NCBI GenBank assembly: GCA_963747235.1
Contig: CAVVEU010000027.1
Coordinates: forward strand, 29,689 to 93,688
From: an uncultured Candidatus Rokubacteria bacterium
GTDB lineage: Bacteria > Methylomirabilota > Methylomirabilia > Rokubacteriales > CSP1-6
Reading direction: 5' to 3'
DNA length: 64,000 nt
This document shows positions 24,609-36,385 of the stretch, in pieces (the stretch's first letter is position 1; each line of letters starts with the position of its first letter). The notes below the pieces were generated by a model that ran no database searches, was not told the origin of the DNA, and was given only the letters and a program-made list of their open reading frames with translations. The position numbers and the translations under genes are program-made.

Positions 24609-25400
24609 ATGCGGCACCGATCGGCGCTGGCGGTGGCGGTTGCGGGCGCCGGGGTTGGAGTCCTGGGCGGCCTGATCGGTCTTGGGGGCGCGGAGTTCCG
24701 CCTCCCGCTCCTGGTCGGGTTCTTCGCGAATCCACTCCGGCGGGCCATCGGGCTGAACCTTGGGATGAGCTTGATCACGGTTCTGGCGGCGCTCGCCGGG
24801 CGGCTCGCCGCGGGCTCGGCGGCACCTTCGGTGCCTCTTCACGTCATCGTGGCCGTGATAGGTGGAGGCGTGGCCGGAGCCTACGTCGGCGCGTCATGGT
24901 TGATCGGCGCGTCGAGTCACGTCCTCTGGCGGGGGGTTCGTGGGCTGCTGGCGCTGATCGGCGTGTTGTTACTCACCGAGGCATTCGTACCTTGGGGATC
25001 GGGCGGCCTGGTCACTGCTCCGATCGTCCAGGCAACGGTGGGCGTGGTGGCGGGCGTATTGATCGGCGTCGTCAGCAGTCTGCTCGGCGTCGCCGGCGGC
25101 GAGCTCATCATCCCGACCCTGGTGTTCGGGTTCGGGGTTGACATCAAGGCGGCGGGGACGGCCAGCTTGATGATCAGCGTTCCCACGGTTCTGATGGGAT
25201 TGTGGCGTCAGGCGTCTTCTGGTCTGCGACCGACCGCCGAAGAGCTCACGCGAATCGTCCTGCCGATGAGCGCGGGCTCGATGGTCGGAGCGGTGGTCGG
25301 GGCCATGCTGATCGGGGTCGTTCCGGGACCATTCCTGAAGGCGGTGCTTGGGTTGGTGCTCGTCTGGTCGGCGGCTCGGCTCCGAGGTCATGCCCCGTGA
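24609..25400 (+). CDS. TauE/SafE (TSUP) family permease
   Basis: GLIGLGGAEFRLP and SLLGVAGGELIIP repeated halves. Confidence 0.85.
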   Translation: MRHRSALAVAVAGAGVGVLGGLIGLGGAEFRLPLLVGFFANPLRRAIGLNLGMSLITVLAALAGRLAAGSAAPSVPLHVIVAVIGGGVAGAYVGASWLIGASSHVLWRGVRGLLALIGVLLLTEAFVPWGSGGLVTAPIVQATVGVVAGVLIGVVSSLLGVAGGELIIPTLVFGFGVDIKAAGTASLMISVPTVLMGLWRQASSGLRPTAEELTRIVLPMSAGSMVGAVVGAMLIGVVPGPFLKAVLGLVLVWSAARLRGHAP

Positions 25401-25429
25401 GGCGGAGGGATGACACGAGGTGGGTCGAC

Positions 25430-25860
25430 GAAGGGCGGGGCTCGGGCTCAGCGAGATCCTCGCCGAGGTCTTCGGCGTCCGCGGGCGGGCGCGCGGCCTC
25501 CGGCCGGCCCCACGCCCGCGCGCGGCTACCTCCGCGAGAGTGGGTCCACTCGGGCCGAGCGCATCGTCGATGCGGTCACGCAAGGCGCGCAGGCGCTCGA
25601 GGAGCAGAAGACCTGTCTCGGTCAATTCCATTCCCCGGGCGGCGCCGCGTCCAGGCCGATTGCGAACGATGGGGGTCTTGAGCGCGACCTCCGCCCGCCG
25701 CAGGTAGCCCCACGCGTGCCGATAGGACCAGCCGATCTCCCGGACCGCCTGCGCGAGTGAGCCGTGCTGAACGATGCCCCGCAGCAGGTGAAGGCCGCCG
25801 TCTCCCATCATGAATTCACCGCCCAGCTCGAGCCAGACCTTCGTCTTGACCTGGGCCGCG
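25430..25860 (-). CDS. Second ModE N-terminal-like regulator (ends uncertain)
   Basis: KTKVWL..GDGGLHLLRGIVQHGSLAQAVREIGWSYRHAWGYL. Confidence 0.75.
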
Positions 25861-25862
25861 AT

Positions 25863-25880
25863 TATGCTCTCGTGAGCACT
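25863..25880. promoter_or_regulatory. Candidate operator TATGCT-CTCGTG-AGCACT
   Basis: Same motif as 15189; lies between the divergent modE-like gene and modA. Confidence 0.5.
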
Positions 25881-25997
25881 TTGAAGAGCCGCGGCGCGCT
25901 CGGTAGCATGGGACGTCGGCCGCAGAGGGGCGTCGCACGGCTTCTCGACACGTTAACACGGTGTCACGGAGCACGCAGCTCGTCGGAGGCAAGGATC

Positions 25998-26780
25998 ATG
26001 CGTCTCATCCGGTGTGTTGCGATTGCCTTGGCGCTGGTCTGGCTGGGCTCGGCCGAGGTTGGCGCACAGGAGATCACCGTGTCGGTGGCGGTCAGTCTCA
26101 AGGACGCGGTGGAGGAGCTGGGGCGCGGCTTCATGGCCGCGCGCCCTGGCGTCACGTTGCGCTACAACTTCGGTGCCTCGGGCGAGCTGCAGAAGCAGAT
26201 CGAAGCGGGCGCGCCGATCGACGTCTTCTTGTCGGCCGCGCAGCGGCAGATGGATGAGCTGGAGAAGGCAGAGCTTGATCGTCCCCGCGAGTCGGCGGGT
26301 CTTCGCCCGTAACGTGCTCACCGTGATCAAGCCCGCCGACTCGCGGATCGACATCGCCAAGCCGGCTGACTTGCTGGAAGCGCGGGTGGGCCGCATCGTC
26401 GTCGGCAACCCCAAGACGGTTCCGGCCGGGCCAGTACGCCGAGGAGAGCCTACGGGCGCTGGGCCTCTGGGAGCGGCTGCAGCCCAAGCTCGTCTTCTCG
26501 GAGAACGTGCGCCAGGCGCTGGACTACGTGGCGCGCGGCGAGGTCGACGCCGGGCTTCGTCTATACCACCGATGCGGCGACGTCGCGCCCAGGGCGGTGA
26601 AGGAAGCCTTCCGGCCGCCCGAGGACAGCTATCGTCCGATCGTGTACCCCGGTGCGGTGGTGGCGGCCTCGAAGCAGCAGACCCTCGGCCAGGCCTTCCT
26701 TGATCTGCTGGGTGGTCGCACAAGGCCGGGCCGTGCTGGGCCGATTCGGATTCCAGCCGCCGCCGACCGGCGTGCGCTGA
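25998..26780 (+). CDS. modA: Molybdate ABC transporter substrate-binding protein (several frameshifts)
   Basis: AVSLKDA, NFGASGELQKQIEAGAPIDVFLSA, GNPKTVPAG, NVRQALDYV. Confidence 0.88.
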
Positions 26781-26904
26781 TTCAACCTGCGGCAGGGCGC
26801 GCCGCTCGCAGCCGGGCCGCGACGGGCGCGTGACGCGCGTCTGCGTTCCGGCCGTCGGGCGCATCCGGGCATGGCATACTACCGGGGCATCGCGTCGATC
26901 CATC

Positions 26905-27566
26905 ATGAGCCCCGACAATCTCTCCGCCCTCCGGTTGTCGCTCCAGGTCGCGGTGGCGGCCACCGCGCTGAACGCGCTGGTGGGCATTCCCATCGCCTAC
27001 GCGCTGGCGCGGCGCCGCTTCTGGGGCAAGAGCCTCGTGGACCTGCTGGTGACGCTGCCGCTGGTCCTGCCGCCCACCGTGGTCGGCTACTACCTGATCG
27101 TGCTGCTGGGCCGTCGCGGCGTGCTCGGCGCGCCGCTCTACGAGGCGACCGGCTTCACGGTGGCCTTCACCTGGTACGCGGCGGTGATCGCGGCCACCGT
27201 GATGGCGCTGCCGCTCCTGGTGCGCACGGTGCGCGCGGCCATCGAGTCGGTGGATCGCGATCTCGAGCGCGCGGCCTACACCCTCGGCCGCTCCGAGCTG
27301 CGCACCGTGCTCGAGGTCACGCTGCCGCTCGCCCGCAACGGCATCCTGGCCGGGCTCGTGCTCGCGTTCGCCCGCGCGCTCGGCGAGTTCGGCGCCACCC
27401 TGATGCTCGCGGGCAATATCCCGGGCCGGACCCAGACGGTGCCGCTCTCCATCTACACCGCGGTGCAGACCGGCGAGAGCGGCGAGGCGCTCGGGCTGGT
27501 CGCGGTGCTCACCGCGCTGTCCTGTCTCGTGCTGATCGTGGCCAATCGCCTGGGCGCGCGCGCGGC

Positions 27567-27570
<4 letters not shown>
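26905..27570 (+). CDS. modB: Molybdate ABC transporter permease
   Basis: LPLVLPPTVVGY, FARALGEFGATLMLAGNIPGRT. Confidence 0.93.
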
Positions 27571-28693
<1,123 letters not shown>

Positions 28694-28697
<4 letters not shown>

Positions 28698-29792
28698 CGC
28701 CGCTGCCGGTCGTGGCGCTGCACGGCGTGCAGGTCTCCCGCGCGGGGCGAATCATTCTGGAGATCCCCGAGCTGGCGGTGGACGCGGGCCAGGTCCTCGC
28801 GGTCATCGGGCCCAACGGCGCGGGCAAGTCCACCCTGCTCCGGGTGATGGGCCTCCTCGAGCCGGCGACGGCGGGCAGCGTGCGCTTCCAGGGCGAGCGC
28901 GTGAGCCCGGCCAAGGGCCTCGCGGTGCGGCGGCGCATGGCCAGCGTCTTCCAGGAGCCCCTCCTTGCCGACACCACGGTCCGGGACGAACGTGACCCTC
29001 GGTCTCCGCTTCCGCGGGGTGGACGGCGGGCGCGTCGCGCCGCGGGTGGACGCGTGGCTCGCGCGGCTCGGCATCGGGCATCTGGCATCCCGCCAGGCGC
29101 GCACGCTCTCGGGGGGCGAGGCGCAGCGGACCGCGCTGGCCCGCGCGCTCGTGCTCGAGCCCGAGCTGCTGCTGCTCGACGAGCCGTTCTCGGCGCTGGA
29201 CCAGCCCACTCGCGAGGCGCTGCTCGACGACTTCGCCCGGATCCTGCGCCAGGAGCGCACCACCACCGTGCTGGTGACGCACGATCGCGCCGAGGCCATG
29301 ACCCTGGGGGACCGGGTCGGCGTCCTCATGGGCGGTCGCCTCGTGCAGCTCGACGACGCGGCCCAGGTGTTCCGGGCGCCCGCCTCCGAGGACGTGGCGC
29401 GCTTCGTGGGCGTCGAGACCATCCTCGACGGGCAGGTCGTCGAGTGGACGCGGGACCTGGCCCTGGTGGACGTCGGGGGCCAGATGGTCGAGGTCGCGCA
29501 GCGGGCCGAGCCGGGCGAGCGCGTGCGTCTCTGCGTGAGGCCGGAGGACGTGACCATCTTCCCCGGTGTCCCCAAGCCCGGGGGGACGCGTGAGTTCAAC
29601 CGGCTGGGTGGCACGGTGCAGCGCCTGGTGCCGAGTGGGCCCCATGTCCGCGTCGTGATTGACTGTGGGTTCCCCCTCGTCGCCCTGGTCACGCAACGCT
29701 CCGTGGAGGAGCTGGGCTTCGTCGCGGGCAGCCCGGTGACCGCGCATTTCAAGGCCACCGCCCCCCATCTCCTGCGCCACGCCAAGCCTTGA
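28694..29792 (+). CDS. ABC ATPase with TOBE domain, TupC-like (frameshift near 28988)
   Basis: GPNGAGKS, LSGGEAQR, C-terminal TOBE-like segment (VTQRSVEELG..FKATA). Confidence 0.8.
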
Positions 29793-29818
29793 CAGTCCGA
29801 AGAGGCGGGGAGTATAAC
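29789..29818 (+). promoter_or_regulatory. Sigma70-type promoter
   Basis: TTGACA-N18-TATAAC upstream of an AGGAGG RBS and the ATG at 29872. Confidence 0.7.
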
Positions 29819-29871
29819 GCGGGTACTGGCGCTGGTTGGGGCAGGGTCAACCGCCTCGCAAGGAGGTCCGC

Positions 29872-30102
29872 ATGCCCGACACGGAAGCTTTCATCGAGCG
29901 ACTCACCGCCGAGAACCACGACTTCCGCACCCTCCGCGAAGAGCACCACCGCTACGAGCGGGAGCTGGACGCGCTGAACACGCGCGGGTTCCTGGCCCCC
30001 GATCAGCAGTGGCGCGTGAGCGAGCTGAAGAAGCTCAAGCTCATCGCGAAGGATCGGATGGAGACCCTGCTCCGGCACGCGCGCGCCGCGACCCACGCCT
30101 GA
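29872..30102 (+). CDS. DUF465/YdcH-like coiled-coil protein
   Basis: [24 protein letters not shown]. Confidence 0.75.
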   Translation: MPDTEAFIERLTAENHDFRTLREEHHRYERELDALNTRGFLAPDQQWRVSELKKLKLIAKDRMETLLRHARAATHA

Positions 30103-30122
30103 GTCGGGTTCCCACCCGACCG

Positions 30123-30633
30123 ATGTCCCCGTCCCGGGAGATGCCGGGCTTTCGTGGCCTCTCCCACCTGAATCCTGCCGGTGAAGCCCGGATGGTGGAC
30201 GTCTCCGCCAAGTCGGAGACCGTCCGGGAGGCCACCGCCCGCGTCACCATCAAGATGAAGGCGGCCACCCTGGCCGCGGTGCGCGCCGGCCAGCTCGCGA
30301 AGGGCGACGTGCTCGGGGTCGCCCGCACCGCCGGCATCATGGCGGCCAAGCGCACGCCCGACCTGATTCCCCTCTGCCACCCGCTGCGCATCACCGGCGT
30401 GGACGTGGAGTTCGCGCTCGACGCGCGCCGCTCCACGATCACGGTGCACGCGCGGGTGCGCACGGTGGACAAGACCGGCGTGGAGATGGAAGCGCTGACC
30501 GCGGCCGCGGTGGCCGGCCTCACCGTGTACGACATGGTCAAGGCGGTGGACAAGGGGATCGTCCTCACCGACCTCTGCCTCGTGCGAAAAATCAGGCGGC
30601 AAGTCCGGTCCCTGGACCCGCAAGAAATCATGA
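30123..30633 (+). CDS. moaC: Cyclic pyranopterin monophosphate synthase
   Basis: [31 protein letters not shown]; extra A at about 30590 before the KSGGKSG tail. Confidence 0.93.
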
Positions 30634-31760
30634 CCACCACCGCGATCATCTACTCCGACGAGTGGCGCCAGTTCGACTACGGGCCCGAGCATCCGCTTCG
30701 CATGGAGCGGCTCGGGCTCACCTGGCGGCTGATGGAGGCCTACGGCCTCACCGCGCTGCCGCGCGCGAAGGTCTGGGCCCCCGAGCGCGCCGAGCTCGAC
30801 GAGATCGCCCGCTTCCACTCGCGCGAGTACATCGAGATCCTGCGCGCGGTGAGCGCGGGCGACTGGGTGCCGCACGCGGCCAGCTACGGGCTCGGCCCCG
30901 GCGACAACCCGATCTTCCCGGGGCTCTGGGAGGCCGCGCAGCTCGGCGCCGGGGGCTCGCTGCTGGCGGCCCGGCTGGTCGCCGACGGGGAGGCCACGCG
31001 GGCTTTCCACTTCGCGGGCGGGCTCCATCACGCCATGCCCGGGCGCGCGTCCGGGTTCTGCTACGTCAACGACGCGGTCCTGGCCATCATGCGCCTCCGG
31101 CAGCGGGGCCTGCGGGTCGCCTACGTGGACATCGACGCGCATCACGGCGACGGGGTGCAGTTCGCGTTCTACGACGATCCCAACGTGCTCACCATCTCCA
31201 CCCACGAGCGCGGCGACCGGCTCTTCCCGGGCACCGGCTTCGTGGTGGAGATGGGCGAGGGCGCGGGCCTCGGGTACTCGGTCAACGTGCCGCTCCAGCC
31301 GCTCACCGACGACGCGGTCTACCACGAGGCCTTCGAGGCGGTGGTCCCGCCGCTGGTGACCGCGTTCAAGCCCGACGCCCTGGTCATCCAGCTCGGCATC
31401 GATTCGCACCGGACCGATCCGCTCACCCACCTGAGCCTCACCGTGCAGGGCTTCACCCGCGCGGTGAAGCGCCTGCTGCCCCTGGCGCCCCGGGTGGTCG
31501 CGCTGGGCGGCGGCGGCTACGACCTGACCAACGTGGCCCGGGCCTGGACGGCGGCGTGGGCGGCCATGAACGACGTGGACCTGCCCCCGGACCTGCCGCG
31601 CGAGAGCCACCGGGACATGCAGCGGCTCGGGCTGGGGACCCTGTCCCTGAACGACCCGGTCGAGGTCCTGCCCCCCGACACCCGCCGCTGGGCCGAGGAG
31701 TACGCGCGCCGCCAGGTGGGGGAGATCCAGGACAGGATATTCCCGCTGCACGGGCTGTAG
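30630..31760 (+). CDS. AcuC/histone deacetylase-family protein
   Basis: [34 protein letters not shown]. Confidence 0.92.
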   Translation: MTTTAIIYSDEWRQFDYGPEHPLRMERLGLTWRLMEAYGLTALPRAKVWAPERAELDEIARFHSREYIEILRAVSAGDWVPHAASYGLGPGDNPIFPGLWEAAQLGAGGSLLAARLVADGEATRAFHFAGGLHHAMPGRASGFCYVNDAVLAIMRLRQRGLRVAYVDIDAHHGDGVQFAFYDDPNVLTISTHERGDRLFPGTGFVVEMGEGAGLGYSVNVPLQPLTDDAVYHEAFEAVVPPLVTAFKPDALVIQLGIDSHRTDPLTHLSLTVQGFTRAVKRLLPLAPRVVALGGGGYDLTNVARAWTAAWAAMNDVDLPPDLPRESHRDMQRLGLGTLSLNDPVEVLPPDTRRWAEEYARRQVGEIQDRIFPLHGL

Positions 31761-31769
31761 AATCGGGGG

Positions 31770-33227
31770 GTGGATACGACCCCCGTCACCGCGACCGTGG
31801 CCCCCGCCGCCCCTGAGATGATCGCGGCCACGGCGGCTCCGCCGGATCAGATCGCCATCCGCGTGCCCCTGAAGGTCAAGCTGAGCCTCCTGATCACCGC
31901 GCTCGTGGTCCTGGCCGTCGCCCTGGTCGGCCTCTTCCTCCTCCGCCAGCAGCAGCAGAGCCTGACCGCGGAGATGACCAAGCGCGGGCTCACCATGGCG
32001 GAGAACTTCGCGGCGGGGGCCAAGACCCCGCTGCTCACCAATGACGAGCTGACGCTCGGCGTGCTGGTGACCGACGCGATGAAGGATCCGGACGTGGCCT
32101 ACGTGATCGTCTCGGACCAGGACGGCAACGTGCTCGCCCACTCCGACGCCCGCGCGGTGAAGACCGCGGTGGTGCGGCCCAAGGAGCTCGAGCCGCTCAA
32201 GAACCGGGTGCTGGTCCAGACCTACAAGACGCCGCAGGGCCGCATCATCGACTTCGCGGTGCCGCTGGTCTACGGCGGCGTGCCGGTCGGCGCGCTCTAC
32301 CTGGGCTTCAGCGAGGAGGCGATCAACGCCGCGCTCGCGAGCGCGCGCAACCAGGCCCTGCTGATCACGCTGCTCATGGTCCTGGCCGGGCTCGGCGGCG
32401 CGGTGGGCCTGGCCGCGCTGCTCTCGCGCCCGATCTTCCGCCTCGTGCAGGCCACCGGGGCGATCGCGGCCGGCAACTTCAACATCGCGCTGCCGGTCGC
32501 CTCCCGCGACGAGCTGGGCGTGCTGACCGACTCCTTCAACCGCATGGCGCGCAGCCTCCGCGAGAAGGAGATGATCAAGCGCGCGTTCACGCGCTACGTG
32601 GCGCGCGAGGTGGTGGAGGAGATCCTGAAGGATCCGGAGAACCTGGTGCTCTCCGGCGAGCGGCGCCAGGTCACCGTGCTCTTCTGCGACGTCCGCGGGT
32701 TCACGCCGATGTCGGAGCGGCTCGCCCCGGAAGAGGTCGTGCTGCTGCTCAACGACTTCTACACCCTGATGATCGAGACCACCTTCAAGTACGACGGCAC
32801 CCTCGACAAGTTCCTGGGCGACGCGGTGATGGCGGTCTTCGGGGCGCCCATGGCCCATCCCGACCACTCCGCGCGCGCCATCCGGACCGCGCTCGCCATG
32901 CAGGAAGGGATTACCGGCCTCAACGAGCGCCGGCTCCGTGACGGCAAGGAGTCCATCTCGGTCGGCATCGGGGTCAGCGCGGGCGAGGCGGTGGCGGGCA
33001 CGGTGGGCACCGAGGACCGCATGGAGTACACCGTGATCGGCGACAGCGTGAACCTCGCGGCCCGGCTCGAGTCCAACGCCAAGCCCGGGCAGATCCTCAT
33101 CAGCCACCGCACCTACGAGCGGGTGCGCGACCTGGTGGACGCGCGCCCGCTGGGGCGCATCCGGGTCAAGGGCAAGGAAGAGGAGGTCGAGGTCTACGAG
33201 GTGCTCGGCCTGACGCCCGTAGTGTGA
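31770..33227 (+). CDS. Membrane class III adenylate/guanylate cyclase with HAMP domain
   Basis: 2 TM segments, HAMP (RDELGVLTDSFNRM), FCDVRGFT, DKFLGDA, GDSVNLAARL. Confidence 0.92.
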   Translation: MDTTPVTATVAPAAPEMIAATAAPPDQIAIRVPLKVKLSLLITALVVLAVALVGLFLLRQQQQSLTAEMTKRGLTMAENFAAGAKTPLLTNDELTLGVLVTDAMKDPDVAYVIVSDQDGNVLAHSDARAVKTAVVRPKELEPLKNRVLVQTYKTPQGRIIDFAVPLVYGGVPVGALYLGFSEEAINAALASARNQALLITLLMVLAGLGGAVGLAALLSRPIFRLVQATGAIAAGNFNIALPVASRDELGVLTDSFNRMARSLREKEMIKRAFTRYVAREVVEEILKDPENLVLSGERRQVTVLFCDVRGFTPMSERLAPEEVVLLLNDFYTLMIETTFKYDGTLDKFLGDAVMAVFGAPMAHPDHSARAIRTALAMQEGITGLNERRLRDGKESISVGIGVSAGEAVAGTVGTEDRMEYTVIGDSVNLAARLESNAKPGQILISHRTYERVRDLVDARPLGRIRVKGKEEEVEVYEVLGLTPVV

Positions 33228-33255
33228 GCCGGTTCTCGTCCCGGCAGCGTAGGAT

Positions 33256-34302
33256 ATGGGGATGATGATGCGACGCGTGCGTGGATCGAGCCTCCTGGTG
33301 AGCGCCGCCGCGCTGTGGCTGACCGCGTGCGCCACCGCGAGCGCGCCCGCGCCCGGCCCGGCGCCCGCCGCCGCGCCCGCGAAGGCGCCGCCGCGTCCCG
33401 CCGCGTATCAGTCGGAAGACTTCATCGTCACCTTCGCCCAGCCCGGCGACACGCCCGAGACGCTCGCCGAGCGCTACCTGGGCGGCGCCGACAAGGGCTG
33501 GATGATCGAGGACTACACCGGGCTCCGCGCCTTCGCGCCCGGCCAGGAGGTCGTGATCCCGCGCCGGCCGTGGAACCCGGCCGGGGTGACGCCGGGCGGC
33601 TACCAGATCGTGCCGATCCTCACCTATCACAACCTGGGCGAGCAGGCGAAGGGCCGGCTGGTGCTGGCCGCCGCGAGCTTCCGCGAGCAGATGCGGTATC
33701 TGAAGACCAACGGCTACCGCGTGGTGAGCCTCGCCGACTTCGTCGAGTTCACCCGCCTCAACCGCCAGCTCCCGCAGCGCGCCGTCGTGCTCACCTTCGA
33801 CGACGGCTACCATGCGTTCAAGGACCACGCCTATCCGGTCCTCAAGGAGCTGGGCTTCACCGCCACCCTCTTCATCTACACGGACTGGGTTGGCGCGGGC
33901 CGGGCCGCGCTCTCCTGGGCGGAGCTACGCGAGCTGTCCGCCGCGGGCATGGACATCCAGGCCCACAGCAAGACCCACGCGGACCTGCGTCGCGCGCAGG
34001 GCGAGACGGAGGCCCAGTACGCGCGGCGGATGCAGGCGGAGCTCGAGCAGCCGCAGGATCTCTTCAACCGCAACCTCGGCCGCCGGAGCCAGATCCTGGC
34101 CTATCCGTATGGGCGCTGGGAGGAAGGCCTGCTGCCCAAGGTGAGGGAGTACGGCTACATCGCCGCCTTCTCGGTGCGCCGGCAGGGCAATGCCGCGTTC
34201 GTGCGGCCGCTCGCGGGGCACCGGAGCCAGATCTACTCCGAGATGACGCTCGACGACTTCGTCAAGAACCTGAACGTCTTCCAGGAGGAGAACCTGAGGT
34301 GA
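33256..34302 (+). CDS. Lipoprotein with LysM-like domain and CE4 polysaccharide deacetylase
   Basis: LTAC lipobox, PGDTPETLAERYLG, TFDDG, HSKTH, AYPYG. Confidence 0.85.
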   Translation: MGMMMRRVRGSSLLVSAAALWLTACATASAPAPGPAPAAAPAKAPPRPAAYQSEDFIVTFAQPGDTPETLAERYLGGADKGWMIEDYTGLRAFAPGQEVVIPRRPWNPAGVTPGGYQIVPILTYHNLGEQAKGRLVLAAASFREQMRYLKTNGYRVVSLADFVEFTRLNRQLPQRAVVLTFDDGYHAFKDHAYPVLKELGFTATLFIYTDWVGAGRAALSWAELRELSAAGMDIQAHSKTHADLRRAQGETEAQYARRMQAELEQPQDLFNRNLGRRSQILAYPYGRWEEGLLPKVREYGYIAAFSVRRQGNAAFVRPLAGHRSQIYSEMTLDDFVKNLNVFQEENLR

Positions 34303-35474
34303 TCGCCGCGGGGCGTGGATGGCTCGCCGCGGCGGCGCTCGGCCTGGCGCTGGGAGGCTGCGCGTCGCTGACCTCCTCGACGACGAGCGAGCCGGGCGCG
34401 GGGTCCGCGCCGATCGCGCGGGACCCGCTCGCGGCGCGCCACCGGCAGCAGGCGGAGGCGCTCGAGCGCGACGGCCAGCTCCGGCGCGCGGCCGAGGAAT
34501 GGAAGATCGCGCTCGCGATCGCGCCCGGCGACGCGCGGGCCCGCGAGTCCCTGCGGGCCCTGCAGGCGCGCATCGACCAGGCGGTGGCCGAGCGGCTCGA
34601 CGAGGGGCGCAAGGCGCTCGCCCGCGGCGTGCACGTCGAGGCGCGCCGCAAGTTCCTGGCCGCGCTCGCGCTCGATCCCTCCAACCGCGCCGCCTTCGAC
34701 GCGCTCCAGAGCGACACGCGCGAGGTGGAGTTCCTCACCCACACCGTGCGGGCGGGGGACACCCTGACCGCGCTGGCCCAGCGCTACTACGGCGACCGCT
34801 CGCGCGGCGAGGTGATCTGGGAGACCAACCAGCTCCCGCCCAATCCGCGCCTGGCGCCGGGCACCACGCTCAAGATTCCCGAGATCCCCGGCGTGCCGTT
34901 CGTGCACCCGGAGGCTCGGCGCCCCGCGCCCGCGGTGGCGGCCATTCCCACGCCGGACGTGCCGCGTCCGGGCCCGACTCCCGGCCCCACCGCGCCGGCG
35001 GCGCCCTCGACCAAGGAGGAGTTCACGCCCGAGGTCAATCCGCTGCTCGCGGAGGCTCGCGAGGCGCTCGAGCGCAGCGACTATCCCGACGCCATCGCGA
35101 CGGTGGACAAGTTCCTGTCCGGCAAGCCGGGCGACCGCGAGGGGTTGACGCTCAAGAAGCAGGCGCTCTACGGCCAGGCCAAGAGCCAGATGGACGCGCG
35201 CCAGTACCCGGAATCCATCCAGAGCCTGAACCAGCTCGCGCGGCTTCAGCCCGACTACGAGGACGTGCCCAGCCTGCTCCGCCAGGCCCGCACCCGCATC
35301 ATCGAGCAGCACTACACGCAGGGCGTGCGCTTCTACCGCGAGGAGAAGCTCAAGGAAGCCATCGCGGAGTGGCGCGTGGTGCTCGAGATGGACCCGAGCA
35401 ACGCCAACGCCCGCCGCAACATCGACCAGGCGGAGAAGCTGCTGCGCGGGCTCGAGCAGCGCATGAAGAAGTAG
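34299..35474 (+). CDS. Lipoprotein with TPR repeats and LysM domain
   Basis: LGGC lipobox, HTVRAGDTLTALAQRYYG, TPR-like helices. Confidence 0.82.
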   Translation: MIAAGRGWLAAAALGLALGGCASLTSSTTSEPGAGSAPIARDPLAARHRQQAEALERDGQLRRAAEEWKIALAIAPGDARARESLRALQARIDQAVAERLDEGRKALARGVHVEARRKFLAALALDPSNRAAFDALQSDTREVEFLTHTVRAGDTLTALAQRYYGDRSRGEVIWETNQLPPNPRLAPGTTLKIPEIPGVPFVHPEARRPAPAVAAIPTPDVPRPGPTPGPTAPAAPSTKEEFTPEVNPLLAEAREALERSDYPDAIATVDKFLSGKPGDREGLTLKKQALYGQAKSQMDARQYPESIQSLNQLARLQPDYEDVPSLLRQARTRIIEQHYTQGVRFYREEKLKEAIAEWRVVLEMDPSNANARRNIDQAEKLLRGLEQRMKK

Positions 35475-35502
35475 TCCAACCGACTATCAGGAGAACGTGA
35501 CC

Positions 35503-36099
35503 ATGAATAGACACGTCCGCACCGTCGCCACGCTGCTGCCGATCATCTCGCTCACCCTGCTCCTCGCGGGCTGCCCCAAGCGTCCCGCGATGAATGCCGC
35601 GACCGCCCCGCCGCCGGTGCCGCCCGCCGCCGCGGCGCCGCCCACGCCGGCCGCGCCGGCCCCGGCGCCCGCGCCCGTCGCGCCGGCTCCGGTGGCGCCA
35701 CCCACCGCCGCGCCGGCACCCGCGCCCGCCCCGCCGGCGCCGCCAAAGGAGTACCGGAGCAACGTGGCGCTCAAGCAGATCTTCTTCGCCTTCGACAAGG
35801 CGGATCTCCGGCCCGATGACGCCCAGACCCTCGCGGCCAGCGCGGCCTATCTCAAGGCCAATCCCAACCAGCTCGTGCTGATCGAGGGGCACTGCGACGA
35901 GCGGGGGACCGCCGAGTACAACCTGGCCCTCGGCGAGCGGCGGGCCAAGGCGGCCATGAACTACCTCGTGTCCAACGGGGTCGAGGCCTCCCGGATCACC
36001 ACGATCTCCTACGGCAAGGAGCGCCCCGGCTGCACCGAGAAGAACGAGGCCTGCTGGGCCAAGAACCGGAACGACACGTTTTTGACCAAGGATAAGTGA
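35503..36099 (+). CDS. pal: Peptidoglycan-associated lipoprotein
   Basis: LAGC lipobox, Pro/Ala linker, IEGHCDERGTAEYNLALGERRA, SYGKERP. Confidence 0.93.
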   Translation: MNRHVRTVATLLPIISLTLLLAGCPKRPAMNAATAPPPVPPAAAAPPTPAAPAPAPAPVAPAPVAPPTAAPAPAPAPPAPPKEYRSNVALKQIFFAFDKADLRPDDAQTLAASAAYLKANPNQLVLIEGHCDERGTAEYNLALGERRAKAAMNYLVSNGVEASRITTISYGKERPGCTEKNEACWAKNRNDTFLTKDK

Positions 36100-36221
36100 T
36101 ACTTCCGAGCGGAGCCTAGGGCCTTCTAGCAGCCGAACGTCGTAGCACCGAGACGCAAAGCCGAGTGGGGGCCGTGAAGAAGCGGCCGCCGCTCGGCTTT
36201 CGTGTTTTCCGGGGGACGCGA

Positions 36222-36385
36222 GTGAGCGAGACAGGGAAAGAGACCAAGGCGCAGCGTGTGGAACGGCTCAAGCGGGAGCTGAACCCGTGGGCCGCGTACT
36301 CGGAGATCGTCCGCTTCGCGCGCGAGGGCTTCGAGGCGATCCCCGCGGAGTGGTTCGGCACCTACTTCCGCTGGTGGGGCATCTG
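36222..36385 (+). pseudogene. N-terminal fragment of a ferredoxin nitrite/sulfite reductase-like gene
   Basis: ETKAQRVERLKRE..FRWWGI, then ends abruptly. Confidence 0.55.

Noticed and set aside
22591-24675. Apparent TupA-TupB fusion
   Set aside because: Frameshift near 23437; tupA ends at 23821
30009-31760. Apparent MoaC-deacetylase fusion (583 aa)
   Set aside because: An extra A in the run at about 30590 explains it; removing it restores the KSGGKSG MoaC tail and an ATGA overlap with the next gene
35590-35745. Low-complexity GC repeats
   Set aside because: They encode the Pro/Ala linker of Pal and are not a DNA repeat element
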